From an uncultured Chloroflexia bacterium (GTDB lineage Bacteria > Chloroflexota > Limnocylindria > Limnocylindrales > CSP1-4), in NCBI GenBank assembly GCA_963748625.1, contig CAVVJT010000007.1, forward strand, positions 992,001 to 1,056,000: a DNA stretch of 64,000 nucleotides, in the 5' to 3' direction. Of this stretch, positions 9,885 through 19,678 are shown piece by piece (the stretch's first letter is position 1; each line of letters opens with the position of its first letter). Below the pieces are notes generated by a model, which ran no database searches, was not told the origin of the DNA, and saw only the letters and a program-made list of their open reading frames with translations. The position numbers and the translations under genes were made by a program.

Positions 9885-11247
9885 TCGAGCTCCTGCTGGC
9901 GGCCGAGCGCGCCTTGACCCTGGGCCTCGTGGACCAGGCGGAGCGGATGTACCTCCAGGCGTATGCCGCCGACCCGCGCAACTCGATCGCCGTGGTGGGG
10001 CTTGCGCGCGTGGCGCTCGAGCGCGGCGACGATGTCCTCGCGTGGACGCAGGCACGAGCCGCGCTCGAGATCGACCCGGAGAACGTGGCGGCCCAGCGTC
10101 TGGCGGCGCGCCTGGACGAGGTGCACGCGTATCGCGGCGAGTCGCTGGCCGCAATGGCGGCGGCGCGCGGGCTGAGCCGGAGGCCGTGGTCGAGCCGGAG
10201 GCCGTGGTCGAGCCGGAGGGCGAGCTGGTCAACATGGACGCGGAGTCTGTGGTCGAGCCGGAGGCCGTGGTCGAGCCGGAGGCCGTGGTCGAGCCGGAGG
10301 CCGTGGTCGAGCCGGAGGCCGTGGTCGAGCCGGAGGCCGTGGTCGAGCCGGAGGCCGTGGTCGAGCCGGAGGCCGTGGTCGAGCCGGAGGCCGTGGTCGA
10401 GCCGGAGGCCGTGGTCGAGCCGGAGGCCGTGGTCGAGCCGGAGGCCGTGGTCGAGCCGGAGGCCGTGGTCGAGCCGAAGGCCGTGGTCGAGCCGGAGGGC
10501 GAGCTGGTCAACATAGACGCGGAGTCTGTGAATCCTGCCGTTGACCCTCCTCTGGCAGGCAGCGAGAGCCCCCAGAAGGCCACAGGTGGCGCAAACGTGG
10601 ACGGACAGTCTGCAGAACCGGGGGACGAAGCCCCTGGGACCATCGCGAACCCGGGATTCATGGACGATGCGTCCATGCCGGAGCCGCAGCCGGAGGCCGG
10701 GCCGCAGCCGGAGGCCGGGCCGCAGCCGGAGGCCGGGCCGCAGCCGGAGGCCGGGCCGCAGCCGGAGGCCGGGCCGCAGCCGGAGGCCGGGCCGCAGCCG
10801 GAGGCCGGGCCGCAGCCGGAGGCCGGGCCGCAGCCGGAGGCCGGGCCGCAGCCGGAGGCCGGGCCGCAGCCGGAGGCCGGGCCGCAGCCGGAGGCCGGGC
10901 CGCAGCCGGAGGCCGGGCCGCAGCCGGAGGCCGGGCCGCAGCCGGAGGCCGGGCCGCAGCCGGAGGCCGGGCCGCAGCCGGAGGCCGGGCCGCAGCCGGA
11001 GGCCGGGCCGCAGCCGGAGGCCGGGCCGCAGCCGGAGGCCGGGCCGCAGCCGGAGGCCGGGCCGCAGCCGGAGGCCGGGCCGCAGCCGGAGGCCGGGCCG
11101 CAGCCGGAGGCCGGGCCGCAGCCGGAGGCCGGGCCGCAGCCGGAGGCCGGGCCGCAGCCGGAGGCCGGGCCGCAGCCGGAACTCAAGCCCCGCAAGGGCA
11201 TCATCGGCTGGCTCCTGGACCACAACCGCCCGTGGAGGCGCAGCTGA
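9881..11247 (+). CDS. TPR-like protein with long acidic Pro/Glu repeat region; frameshift near 10170
   Basis: N-terminal TPR-like helices (ORF 9881) continue in the frame encoding (EPEAVV)n and (PEAGPQ)n, ending [20 protein letters not shown]; stop overlaps galE start. Confidence 0.7.
10174..10488 (+). repeat. 18-bp tandem repeat GAGCCGGAGGCCGTGGTC (EPEAVV): 2 copies, an interruption, then 13 copies
   Basis: Directly visible; the interrupting segment GAGGGCGAGCTGGTCAACAT(G/A)GACGCGGAGTCTGTG recurs after the array. Confidence 0.95.
10690..11175 (+). repeat. 18-bp perfect tandem repeat CCGGAGGCCGGGCCGCAG (PEAGPQ), about 27 copies
   Basis: Directly visible perfect array without spacers. Confidence 0.95.
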
Positions 11248-12275
11248 TGCGCGTGCTCGTCACCGGCGGGGCCGGGTATGTCGGCGGGGTGTCCGTCGAG
11301 GCGATCCTTGACGCCGGCCACGACGTGGTGGTGCTTGACGACCTGAGCACGGGCCATGAGGCGGCCACGCATCCCGACGCCCTGCTCATCCGCGGCTCCT
11401 ACGGGGACCAGGCGGCGACGCGAGCCCTGCTCGAGGCCGAGCGTATCGACGCCATCCTGCACTGCGCCGCCCGCAGCCTCGTCGGCGAGAGTGTCGAGAA
11501 CCCGGCGAAGTACTACCGCGACAACGTGGCCGGTGGGATCGCCCTGCTGGAGGCCGCGCGCGAGGCCGGCGTGGGACGGATCGTCTTCAGTTCGACAGCA
11601 GCCGTGTACGGCGTCCCCGACGCGACCCCCATCCCGGAGGACGCGCCCCTCCGCCCGATCAACACCTACGGCGAGACGAAGCGGACGTTCGAAGGCGCGC
11701 TCCACTGGTATGGCGGTGCGTACGGCCTCAAATCGGTGATCCTGCGGTACTTCAACGTCGCAGGCGCCACCGTGCGCCTCGGCGAGGTCCACCGCCCGGA
11801 GACCCACCTCATCCCGAACGTCCTGCGTGCGGCCGAGGGCGGGCCACACCTGACGCTGTTCGGCGAGGACTACCCGACGCCCGACGGCACGCCCATCCGC
11901 GACTACATCCACGTGGCCGATCTCGCCGATGCGCATGTCGCCGCCCTTGAGGCGACCGGGCGCGAGGACGCTCCCGATCAGCCGCTGATCTGCAACTTGG
12001 GCACCTCGAGCGGGTTCTCGGTCAAGGACGTCCTCATCGCGGCAACCCGGATCACCGGCCGGGAGATCCCGCACACGGTGGGACCGCGCCGCGCCGGCGA
12101 CCCCCCGGTGCTCGTCGCGTCCAATGAGCGGGCCCGCCACACCCTCGGCTGGACGCCCCGCCGCTCCACACTCGACGAGATGCTCGGCTCAGCCTGGGCG
12201 TGGCGGCGGACGCACCCCGAGGGCTATGCCGACTGTCGGGGCTCAAGCGGGCGGCGATCGACCCCCCTCAGCTGA
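11247..12275 (+). CDS. galE: UDP-glucose 4-epimerase
   Basis: [52 protein letters not shown]. Confidence 0.93.
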   Translation: MRVLVTGGAGYVGGVSVEAILDAGHDVVVLDDLSTGHEAATHPDALLIRGSYGDQAATRALLEAERIDAILHCAARSLVGESVENPAKYYRDNVAGGIALLEAAREAGVGRIVFSSTAAVYGVPDATPIPEDAPLRPINTYGETKRTFEGALHWYGGAYGLKSVILRYFNVAGATVRLGEVHRPETHLIPNVLRAAEGGPHLTLFGEDYPTPDGTPIRDYIHVADLADAHVAALEATGREDAPDQPLICNLGTSSGFSVKDVLIAATRITGREIPHTVGPRRAGDPPVLVASNERARHTLGWTPRRSTLDEMLGSAWAWRRTHPEGYADCRGSSGRRSTPLS

Positions 12276-12414
12276 CCATCGCGTCGGCGAGCCAGTACAT
12301 CCACAGGACGACGATCGCCGCGAACACCGTGCCGGCGATGGTGATGGCGACCACCGCCCACATCGCGCCCTGCCCTCTTCGAGGCCCGGGTCGACCGTCT
12401 CCCACCCCGTTCAC
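12268..12414 (-). CDS. 48-aa prepilin-like small membrane protein
   Basis: GTG overlaps tadG stop (GTGA); RRGQG followed by one hydrophobic helix. Confidence 0.5.
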   Translation of the reverse strand: MNGVGDGRPGPRRGQGAMWAVVAITIAGTVFAAIVVLWMYWLADAMVS

Positions 12415-14681
12415 GGAGCCACGAGGTGAACGGGGTTGCCCCGGATGTCGACCTTCCAGGTCGTGAGGTCGGTGGCCCCGCTCCCGCTCTGGTTGCCCAT
12501 CGTGTAGCGGATCTTCCACCAGCCATCCTCACCGGAGGCGGGGTCGTTCGGCGCTGTGTAGGAGGTGGGGATCTGGATCTCGAGCGTGAGCCAGCACCCG
12601 TTGAACAGGCTGGTCCCGCCGGTATTGGTGGTCACGGCCCAGACGTTCGACGCGTTGTTGCTGTTGCAGTTGCTGGCGCTGGCGTTGGCTGGGGTCCCGT
12701 CGTAGTCGAACTGCACCGGGGTGAAGCCCGACCCTGTGGGCTTGAGGATCTCCAACGAGGCCGAGAGGTTCCCTGTGTCGCCCGGGTCCCAGAGGTTGAT
12801 CACCATCGTCTTGCCGGCGTGGACGGCGTCGATCTGGGCGAGGTAGAACTCGCTCGCCTGATTGGCAGGGAGGCGCACGTAGGCTTCCATCGCACCGATG
12901 CCGTAGACCCGAGGCGTTCCTCCCGACGCCGAGGCGTAGAGCGCGAACGAGTTGAGTGCGGTTGCATCGTCCTGGTCGTTGAGCGCGCTCTTGTCCGTCG
13001 AGTAGGTGTGCAGCCGGTAGGTCCCGGCCGCCAGCCCGGTCGCCAGCTGGACCCATCCGAAGTGCCAGCTCTGTGACGAACAATCACCCGCCACATTGGT
13101 GGACTGGCTCTTGGCGCCGAAGATCACATGGTCCTCGTATGACAGGCGCCGGTAGGTGTTGCCCGTGGACGCGACGAGCGTGTCATCCGAGGTGTCGAGC
13201 ATCGTCTGGTGCGTGTTCAACAGGTCGAAGTACGCGCTGATCGGGTTGCGGCTCGAGGCGCCGTTGCTTCCACCCACGGTCCAGTACTCGCCGGTGCCGG
13301 CGCTGGACGTGCCGTCGCAGAACCCGGGGTCGTACACCCAGACCGTGCCCCCGCCCCCGGCGGGGATCTCGACGGCGTAGTTGTAGTAGTCGTTGTAGTC
13401 GTAGTACGTGTCCGGGTCCGTCCCGCCGACAGCGTTGGTGACCGACTTGCGGGTCGAATACTTCGTCATGAACGCGTCGCCCTGGATGTTGGGAGCGCCC
13501 TGGCTCTGCATCGCGCCCCAGAACTTCTGGGGGCGGGTGATGGCTGCCTGGCCGGGCGGGGGCGGGACCGGGGCGTCGTCGATCAGCACCGTCGTGGTTG
13601 TGGTCGTGGTGGTGGCCAGGTCCCACGAGACACGAACCTCGAGCATGTCAACGTTGAGCGACGTGCTCGACGATCCGCACCCCTTGTTCGCCGTGAACCG
13701 GACACGGAAGCTCGCGTCCGAGAAGTCGTTTCGGGCCCACGTGCGTGAACCCCACGCCGCAAGGTTGGTGGTAGGCAGTGTGTAGTCGCCATTCGTCGTG
13801 CTGGTGCCCAGGCTTGGCGTCGTCACGCGCGTGGACCAGCTTCCGCCGCCGTTCCACGACAGGTCGACGCCGATCGTGGAGCCCGGGCACGACGCCGACA
13901 CGAAGGCATCCTGCAGCCGGACCTCGATGCCCGTGATCGTGAGCACCTGGTTGCCGCCGGGGCTGGGGATCGCGGACCCGCCGGACAGCAGGCCGAAGTT
14001 GGCCCACTGCTGCTGGTGGCCGTTGGTGGTCTCCTGCGCGTACTCGTTGTTGTTCTGGTTCAGCATCGTGGTGATGGTGCGGCCGGAGCCGGTCGCGGAC
14101 TGGCTCCACTGCCCGCCGCTCGGCGCAGTGCCGGTCGCGACGTCCCACCCGGTGTCGCCTGTGCTGTGCGTCGTATTGGTGGTGGTCGTCGTCTCAGGCT
14201 TCACGAGATACCCGACGCCGTAGTAGTTGTCGGGACTGCCCATCGGAACCGGGAGCACGTAGTCGGCCTTGGCTGTCCGCTGAGCGGGCCACGAATTCAC
14301 GCCGACGACCCCGCTGAAGAACGTGCCCACGGTGCCGCTGATCGACACATTCAGGCGGCGATCGTTGTGCGGGTCGACGCTCGGGGTCACCACGACGCCC
14401 CCCGTGCCGTGGGCGTAGCCGTTCTTCGACGCCTCGGCCCTGGCGACGGTGATGGCCTGGGACGGGTTGCCGGGGAGCCAGACAACGCCGGCAAGGGCCG
14501 CTGCATCGGCTGCACGCTGCATCCGCAGGTTGCCGGTCCAGTACCAGGCGACATCGATGACTACCCCGCAGAGAGCGATGAGGACAACGATCGCTGCTGC
14601 GAAGACCACGACGACCTGACCCCGGCTCCGCGTGCGGCGGAACCCGTGTCCGGACGACCTTCGTGGGAACGTGTTGCGCAT
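12411..14681 (-). CDS. tadG: TadG-like pilus assembly/adhesin protein
   Basis: RGQVVVVFAAAIVVL..VIDV...MQRAADAAALAG Tad domain, followed by a large extracellular region. Confidence 0.8.
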   Translation of the reverse strand: MRNTFPRRSSGHGFRRTRSRGQVVVVFAAAIVVLIALCGVVIDVAWYWTGNLRMQRAADAAALAGVVWLPGNPSQAITVARAEASKNGYAHGTGGVVVTPSVDPHNDRRLNVSISGTVGTFFSGVVGVNSWPAQRTAKADYVLPVPMGSPDNYYGVGYLVKPETTTTTNTTHSTGDTGWDVATGTAPSGGQWSQSATGSGRTITTMLNQNNNEYAQETTNGHQQQWANFGLLSGGSAIPSPGGNQVLTITGIEVRLQDAFVSASCPGSTIGVDLSWNGGGSWSTRVTTPSLGTSTTNGDYTLPTTNLAAWGSRTWARNDFSDASFRVRFTANKGCGSSSTSLNVDMLEVRVSWDLATTTTTTTTVLIDDAPVPPPPGQAAITRPQKFWGAMQSQGAPNIQGDAFMTKYSTRKSVTNAVGGTDPDTYYDYNDYYNYAVEIPAGGGGTVWVYDPGFCDGTSSAGTGEYWTVGGSNGASSRNPISAYFDLLNTHQTMLDTSDDTLVASTGNTYRRLSYEDHVIFGAKSQSTNVAGDCSSQSWHFGWVQLATGLAAGTYRLHTYSTDKSALNDQDDATALNSFALYASASGGTPRVYGIGAMEAYVRLPANQASEFYLAQIDAVHAGKTMVINLWDPGDTGNLSASLEILKPTGSGFTPVQFDYDGTPANASASNCNSNNASNVWAVTTNTGGTSLFNGCWLTLEIQIPTSYTAPNDPASGEDGWWKIRYTMGNQSGSGATDLTTWKVDIRGNPVHLVAP

Positions 14682-14693
14682 GGTTGGTTCGCC

Positions 14694-15311
14694 CTACTGG
14701 CTGAGGGGGTTGAGGGCCATGACCGTCTTGTCGTTGATCTGCAGGCTGCCGCTCCCCGACCCTCCGACCAGCCGCAGGACGTTGCCCAGTGGGGTGCTGA
14801 AGTTGTACGTGTAGGTGATGCGGACGCCGATGCTGTCGGGCGCGGTGGTCGCGTTGCTCCGGGAGCAGGTCGCCCAGCCGTTGCTGGCCGGGGCGGCGAA
14901 GTGCAGCGCCCGGCCGTCAACGGTGGGTCCGCTCCCGGGTGTCCATGTGTTGGTGTTGGACCCGATCGGGTTGCCGGCGCTGTTGGCCTTGTAGATGACG
15001 ATCGAGGAGATGTCACCCAGGTGGTCCCGCACCGGCGACCCCTCCGACGTGAGGACGCGCTCCACCGCCGAGATGACGTACTTGTCGACGTCACCGCAGG
15101 TTGCGGGCGACACAAGCGTCGATCCGTCCGAAAGCGCGGATCCCATGCGCGCCCCCTCGCGCGTGGCGTAGTTCAGCGTCAGCCCGTGGTCGAAGGCGAG
15201 GCCGAACTCCAGGATGCCGAACAGGATCATGATGAAGACCGGCACCACCATCGTGAACTCGACCAGACTCTGGCCGCGTTCACCGGTCCGCCGCACCCAC
15301 GCGCATCTCAC
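14694..15311 (-). CDS. tadE: TadE/TadF-like pseudopilin
   Basis: ERGQSLVEFTMVVPVF..GILEFG..ATREGAR. Confidence 0.85.
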   Translation of the reverse strand: MRCAWVRRTGERGQSLVEFTMVVPVFIMILFGILEFGLAFDHGLTLNYATREGARMGSALSDGSTLVSPATCGDVDKYVISAVERVLTSEGSPVRDHLGDISSIVIYKANSAGNPIGSNTNTWTPGSGPTVDGRALHFAAPASNGWATCSRSNATTAPDSIGVRITYTYNFSTPLGNVLRLVGGSGSGSLQINDKTVMALNPLSQ

Positions 15312-15943
15312 AGGATCGGCTCCATGCGCATCGAGTTGGACTTGATGACCGTCAGGAGCGTCCCAAAGGTGCCGCCCAGCGGCGTCTTCCAGGAGTGGTG
15401 GTACGTGACCCGGACGCCGACGAAATCGAGTGGCTGGCCGCCGCAACCGACAAGGATGTTGCAGCGGTTGGCCATCGGGTAGCCGTTGGCCGTGCGGCTG
15501 TACGGGAGCGTGATCGACGTGCCGTCTGGCAGGGTGCAGGAGTAGGAGCCCGTGCGGGCGTAGATCGTGGAACCGCCGATCTGGCTGCCCGCGGCGTTGG
15601 ATTCGAAGATCTCGACGGTCTGGATCATCGTCCGACCGGCCGGAGGGCCGAAGTCGGCATCGACCGCCTTGAGGACCGCGCAATCGCCACCGGGCGAGTC
15701 ACCGGCCTCCGCCGCGAGGAGCGCTCCATCGCGCGTGGCGTAGTCAGCCGAGAGGACGGCGTTGAACATGAATGCGAACTCGAGCACCCCCATCAGGACC
15801 ATCAGGAAGACGGGGATGACGAGCGCGAACTCGACGAGTGTCTGGCCGCGGGCAGCACGAAGCAGTCGGCCAATCTTGAGCAGCAAACCGTTTCCCCCGG
15901 AAGAGCTGGCACAGATGTGGCGACCGGGCGCTGGGAGCGTCAC
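15308..15943 (-). CDS. tadE: TadE-like pseudopilin
   Basis: RGQTLVEFALVIPVF..GVLEF..ATRDGA. Confidence 0.85.
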   Translation of the reverse strand: MTLPAPGRHICASSSGGNGLLLKIGRLLRAARGQTLVEFALVIPVFLMVLMGVLEFAFMFNAVLSADYATRDGALLAAEAGDSPGGDCAVLKAVDADFGPPAGRTMIQTVEIFESNAAGSQIGGSTIYARTGSYSCTLPDGTSITLPYSRTANGYPMANRCNILVGCGGQPLDFVGVRVTYHHSWKTPLGGTFGTLLTVIKSNSMRMEPIL

Positions 15944-16131
15944 CGAGTCCGATCGCTCAGGCGATCAAATCATGCGAAGTTTGCATACCGCATAACGTTT
16001 CGCAGTTGTGTGCGGCAACGCACCACCCTGCCAGTCGCCTTGGCCTCCGGGACCCGGTGGTTCGTCCTCCATCGGCGCGGGGATTGCCTCACCCGCACCT
16101 TGCCGGGGGCGGGAGGTGAGACGGCAGGGCG

Positions 16132-17379
16132 TCAGCCCTCGCGCTGCTCCGGCACGCCCCGCACCAGCACCAGGCCGATCAGCATCGAGATGAGCAGGGT
16201 GACGATCCCGAGCTGGTACGTGGCGACCCCGAGGGTGTTGAAGAACAGCAGGAAGGTCAGGGACCAGAACAGCGAACCGAGCACCTGGGATCCCTTGCCC
16301 ACAAGGCCGTAGAGGCCGTAGAACTCGCCGAGCCGCTCAGGGGGCGAGAGCCGGTACATGAGCACGCGGTCCGCCACCTGCATCCCGGAGAACCCCGCCC
16401 CGATCGCGATGCCCGCGGCCAGGAAGATGATCTTGTCCAGGAAGATCGCGCCGACCGCCAGGGCGACCGCCCACATGCACAGCACGATGAACAGGGTCTG
16501 CTTGGGCCCCCAGCGGTCGGTCAGCTTGCCCCACATGAAGCCGGCGGCGATCGCTGCCAGCGTAAGGCCCAGGAACACCATCGACGATTCCGTCTCGGTG
16601 AACCCGATGGCGCGGACGGCGAATACGGTCATGATCGTGATGCTCGTGTTGAGCGCGTCGGTGTAGAAGAAGCGGGCCAGCAGGAAGCGGCCCAGGCCCG
16701 GGTAGCGGTCCAGCGAGCGCACGGTGTCCCAGGTGGCCCGCCAGGCGGCGGACATCGCCCGGTCGTGGCTCCCGCCCGCGGCGGGCTCGCGGATCACCAG
16801 GAAGATGGGGATGGCGAACACCATGAACAGGACCGGGGCCAACAGGAACGCCTGCTCGGGAGCCATGCCCGTGATCACGATCGTGAGCGCGATCAGCACG
16901 GTGCCCATGTAGCCGACGGCGCTGCCGAGGCCCGAGACCCATCCCCGGTTCTCCGGCATGCTCACCAGTTTGAGCGTGGCGTCGTAGTAGATCAGCGCCG
17001 ACTGGTAGCCGAAGTTGGCCACGCAGAAGAGGAGCACGCCCATGGTGACGTCCACGAACGGGATGGCCATCGCGGGGATGCAGGCCAGCAGGGTGAAGCC
17101 GAACAGGAACGGCAGGCGCCGCCCGAAGCGGTCGGATAGCGCACCCAGCCACGGGGAGACGGCCGCGTTGACGAGGACGGAGATCGCGACCGCGAGCGTC
17201 AGTGCGGAGTTGCCGCCCTGGTCGCCCAGCCTGGCGACGAGATACAGCCCGACCGCCCAGGAGAAGACGGCGTAGGACCAGATCGTGTTCGCGAAGTCAT
17301 AGAGGGCCCACGAGCCGACTGCAACGCGGCGCAGGTTCGGATCACGCTGCGGGACCGCCGTCGCCGGGACTGCCGTCAT
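16132..17379 (-). CDS. MFS transporter (UMF1/Atg22-like)
   Basis: SWALYDFANT, GALSDRFGRR, about 12 TM segments, GEFYGLY. Confidence 0.88.
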   Translation of the reverse strand: MTAVPATAVPQRDPNLRRVAVGSWALYDFANTIWSYAVFSWAVGLYLVARLGDQGGNSALTLAVAISVLVNAAVSPWLGALSDRFGRRLPFLFGFTLLACIPAMAIPFVDVTMGVLLFCVANFGYQSALIYYDATLKLVSMPENRGWVSGLGSAVGYMGTVLIALTIVITGMAPEQAFLLAPVLFMVFAIPIFLVIREPAAGGSHDRAMSAAWRATWDTVRSLDRYPGLGRFLLARFFYTDALNTSITIMTVFAVRAIGFTETESSMVFLGLTLAAIAAGFMWGKLTDRWGPKQTLFIVLCMWAVALAVGAIFLDKIIFLAAGIAIGAGFSGMQVADRVLMYRLSPPERLGEFYGLYGLVGKGSQVLGSLFWSLTFLLFFNTLGVATYQLGIVTLLISMLIGLVLVRGVPEQREG

Positions 17380-17485
17380 GTGCTGTCGCCTCGTGGTGTG
17401 CCTGGATCCCCGCCTCGGCCGGATCATACGGGCCGGGGAAGGTTCCGATCGGACGGTCCCGCGTGGAGCGCGGTAGCATGCGACC

Positions 17486-18235
17486 ATGGCAATCGAACCG
17501 ACCGCCCGCGAGATCGCGGCAGCCTGGGAGCCCCAGCGGCCCGGCCGCCGTGCCGCGAAGGACATCGTGGATCCCCTGGTGGAGCCGGCCTGGGGTGGCG
17601 TGCGCGTGGTGGCGGCGATCACGATCGACGAGGCAGCGCTCTACCGCGCCGGGGAGGAGCTGCCTGCGCCTCCGCTGATCCTTGCAGCGCTCGTCGAAGG
17701 GTTCACCGCCGTGGACGCGGTCGTCGAGGGCCATCTCACCACCAAGGCGCTCGGAGACGGCACGGGTGCCGGTGCCCCGATGGCCAAGGTTGAGCGGCCG
17801 CCGCTCCTGGTTCCACGCGGGCTCTTCAAGAGCGTGCGGGACGACCCCTACGTCAAGGCACGCGACTATGCGAACCGGGAGGCGGAGGTCGCCCGAACCG
17901 TGCTCGAGGCGATCGAGGACGGGGTGCCTCACGCGTTCGTCGCCACGGACCTGCTGTGGCTGGACGGCACGCCGCTTGACGACGTTCCCCTGCTCGAGCG
18001 ACGGCGCCTGCTGGAGGGTGCGCTTGTCGCCTCGGAGCTGGTGCGGGTCTCGCCGACCGTGAAGGCCACTGCCATGCTGACGCTCGTCACCTGGGGCCAG
18101 CTGGGATTCGCCGAGATCTCGTACCGGGCGGCCAACAGCCGGTATGCGGCAGGCGAGGAGAACCCGGACTGGGCCGTGACCCGGCCGCCGGATGGTCCGC
18201 AGGGTCCCTCGAACGGACCGGTCACGGCAAAGTAG
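17486..18235 (+). CDS. ATP-dependent DNA ligase adenylation-domain homolog, catalytically degenerate
   Basis: DLLWLDG..PLLERRRLLE and SRY..G...DW are retained, but motif I KxDG reads EPAWGG; no OB domain. Confidence 0.7.
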   Translation: MAIEPTAREIAAAWEPQRPGRRAAKDIVDPLVEPAWGGVRVVAAITIDEAALYRAGEELPAPPLILAALVEGFTAVDAVVEGHLTTKALGDGTGAGAPMAKVERPPLLVPRGLFKSVRDDPYVKARDYANREAEVARTVLEAIEDGVPHAFVATDLLWLDGTPLDDVPLLERRRLLEGALVASELVRVSPTVKATAMLTLVTWGQLGFAEISYRAANSRYAAGEENPDWAVTRPPDGPQGPSNGPVTAK

Positions 18236-18307
18236 GCGTTCGGCGCGCGACGCCGTCGGGGCTGGCGCCCACGCCCGGGGTCGCGCGGGAGTGGTAGGGT
18301 GGGGCGG

Positions 18308-19678
18308 ATGCCTCCCTCGACGCTGTCCCCCGAGATCCGCGAGCAGATCACGCGCCTGGGGCGTGCCGACATCATGGTCGGGATCCCCAGCTTCAAGAAC
18401 GCGGCCACCATCGGCTACGTGGTCAGGGCCGCCCATGCCGGCCTCGTCCAGTACTTCCCGGACCTCAAGCCGGTCCTGGTGAACTCCGACGCCGGGTCGT
18501 CTGACGGCACCCAGCGCGTCGTCATCGAGACCGAGCCGCCCGAGTACGTGGAGTCGATCCTGCTGGTCCGGCCCACCAACAAGCTCGACCGGGTGACGAT
18601 CACCTACCCCGAGATCGAGGGGACCGGTGGCAAGGGTGCCGCCCTGCGGGCGATCTTCGAGATCGCGGCCGCGCTCGACGTCCAGGCGCTGGTGGTGGTG
18701 GACTCGGACCTGCGCAGCATCGTGCCGGAGTGGATCGAGCTGCTGGCCGGGCCCATCCTCAAGGGCGGGTACGACTACGTCGCCCCGCTGTACTCGCGCT
18801 ACAAGTACGACGGGACCATCACCAACACGGTCACCTATCCGCTGACGCGCGCCCTGTACGGGCACCGGATCCGCCAGCCCATCGGCGGAGACTTCGGCGT
18901 GTCGGGCGATCTCGTCCGCCACTACCTGGAGCTGGATGACTGGACGCCGGAGATCAGCAAGTTCGGCATCGACATCTGGATGACCACGTCCGCGCTCACC
19001 GGCGGCTTCGCCGTCTGCCAGGCACGCCTGGGGGCGAAGGTCCACGATCCCAAGGATCCCGGCTCCGACCTGGGGCCGATGTTCCGCCAGGTCGTGTCCA
19101 CGATCCTCCGGCTGGCCGTGGCCCATCCCGACAGCTGGCTGGGCGTGCGCGGCTCCCACGACGTCCCCGCGTACGGCTTCGAGCGGATCATCGACCCGCC
19201 GCCGCTCGAGGTGAACGCGATCCGCCTGCTGGAGCAGTTCCATGCAGGCTCGCTCACCCTGGCGGACACGTGGCGGCGGATGCTGGCCCCAGCGAACGTG
19301 GAGCGGGTGCTCGCCCTCGCTGCAGACGCAGGCACGATGAGCGAGACGGCCTCGACCAGGCTGGGCATCGGCAGCGAGAGCGACGACCGCCATCCCGACA
19401 CCGCCACGATGGCAGAAGCGCTTGCGGGCTTCCACTTCCCCGACGACCTCTGGGCCCGCGTGGTCTACGACCTGGTCCTCGCCGTCCGCAAGGGCGACCT
19501 GGAGACAGGCGCGATGGTCGCGGCCCTCGTGCCGATCTACTTTGGCCGGGTGGGCAGCTTCGTGATCGAGAACCGGCACCTGACGACCGCCGACGCCGAG
19601 GAGCGGGTGGAGCGCCAGGCCCGGCAGTTCGAGCTCGACAAGGCCTACCTGGTGGAGCGCTGGGAGGCAGGCGCATGA
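18308..19678 (+). CDS. GT-A glycosyltransferase, glucosylglycerate/mannosylglycerate synthase-like
   Basis: GIPSFKNAATI, NSDAGSSDGT, GKG, VVDSDLRS, YDGTITN, RIRQPIGGDFG, FGIDIWMT. Confidence 0.75.
   Translation: MPPSTLSPEIREQITRLGRADIMVGIPSFKNAATIGYVVRAAHAGLVQYFPDLKPVLVNSDAGSSDGTQRVVIETEPPEYVESILLVRPTNKLDRVTITYPEIEGTGGKGAALRAIFEIAAALDVQALVVVDSDLRSIVPEWIELLAGPILKGGYDYVAPLYSRYKYDGTITNTVTYPLTRALYGHRIRQPIGGDFGVSGDLVRHYLELDDWTPEISKFGIDIWMTTSALTGGFAVCQARLGAKVHDPKDPGSDLGPMFRQVVSTILRLAVAHPDSWLGVRGSHDVPAYGFERIIDPPPLEVNAIRLLEQFHAGSLTLADTWRRMLAPANVERVLALAADAGTMSETASTRLGIGSESDDRHPDTATMAEALAGFHFPDDLWARVVYDLVLAVRKGDLETGAMVAALVPIYFGRVGSFVIENRHLTTADAEERVERQARQFELDKAYLVERWEAGA

Noticed and set aside
10174-11175. 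Long repeat arrays as a CRISPR array
   Set aside because: Head-to-tail 18-bp units with no unique spacers, in frame within a CDS; no cas genes in the window.
9724-12140. Long minus-strand ORFs with (GLRLRP)n, (GPASGC)n and similar repeats
   Set aside because: Shadow frames of the stop-free tandem repeats, antisense to the cca-galE operon.
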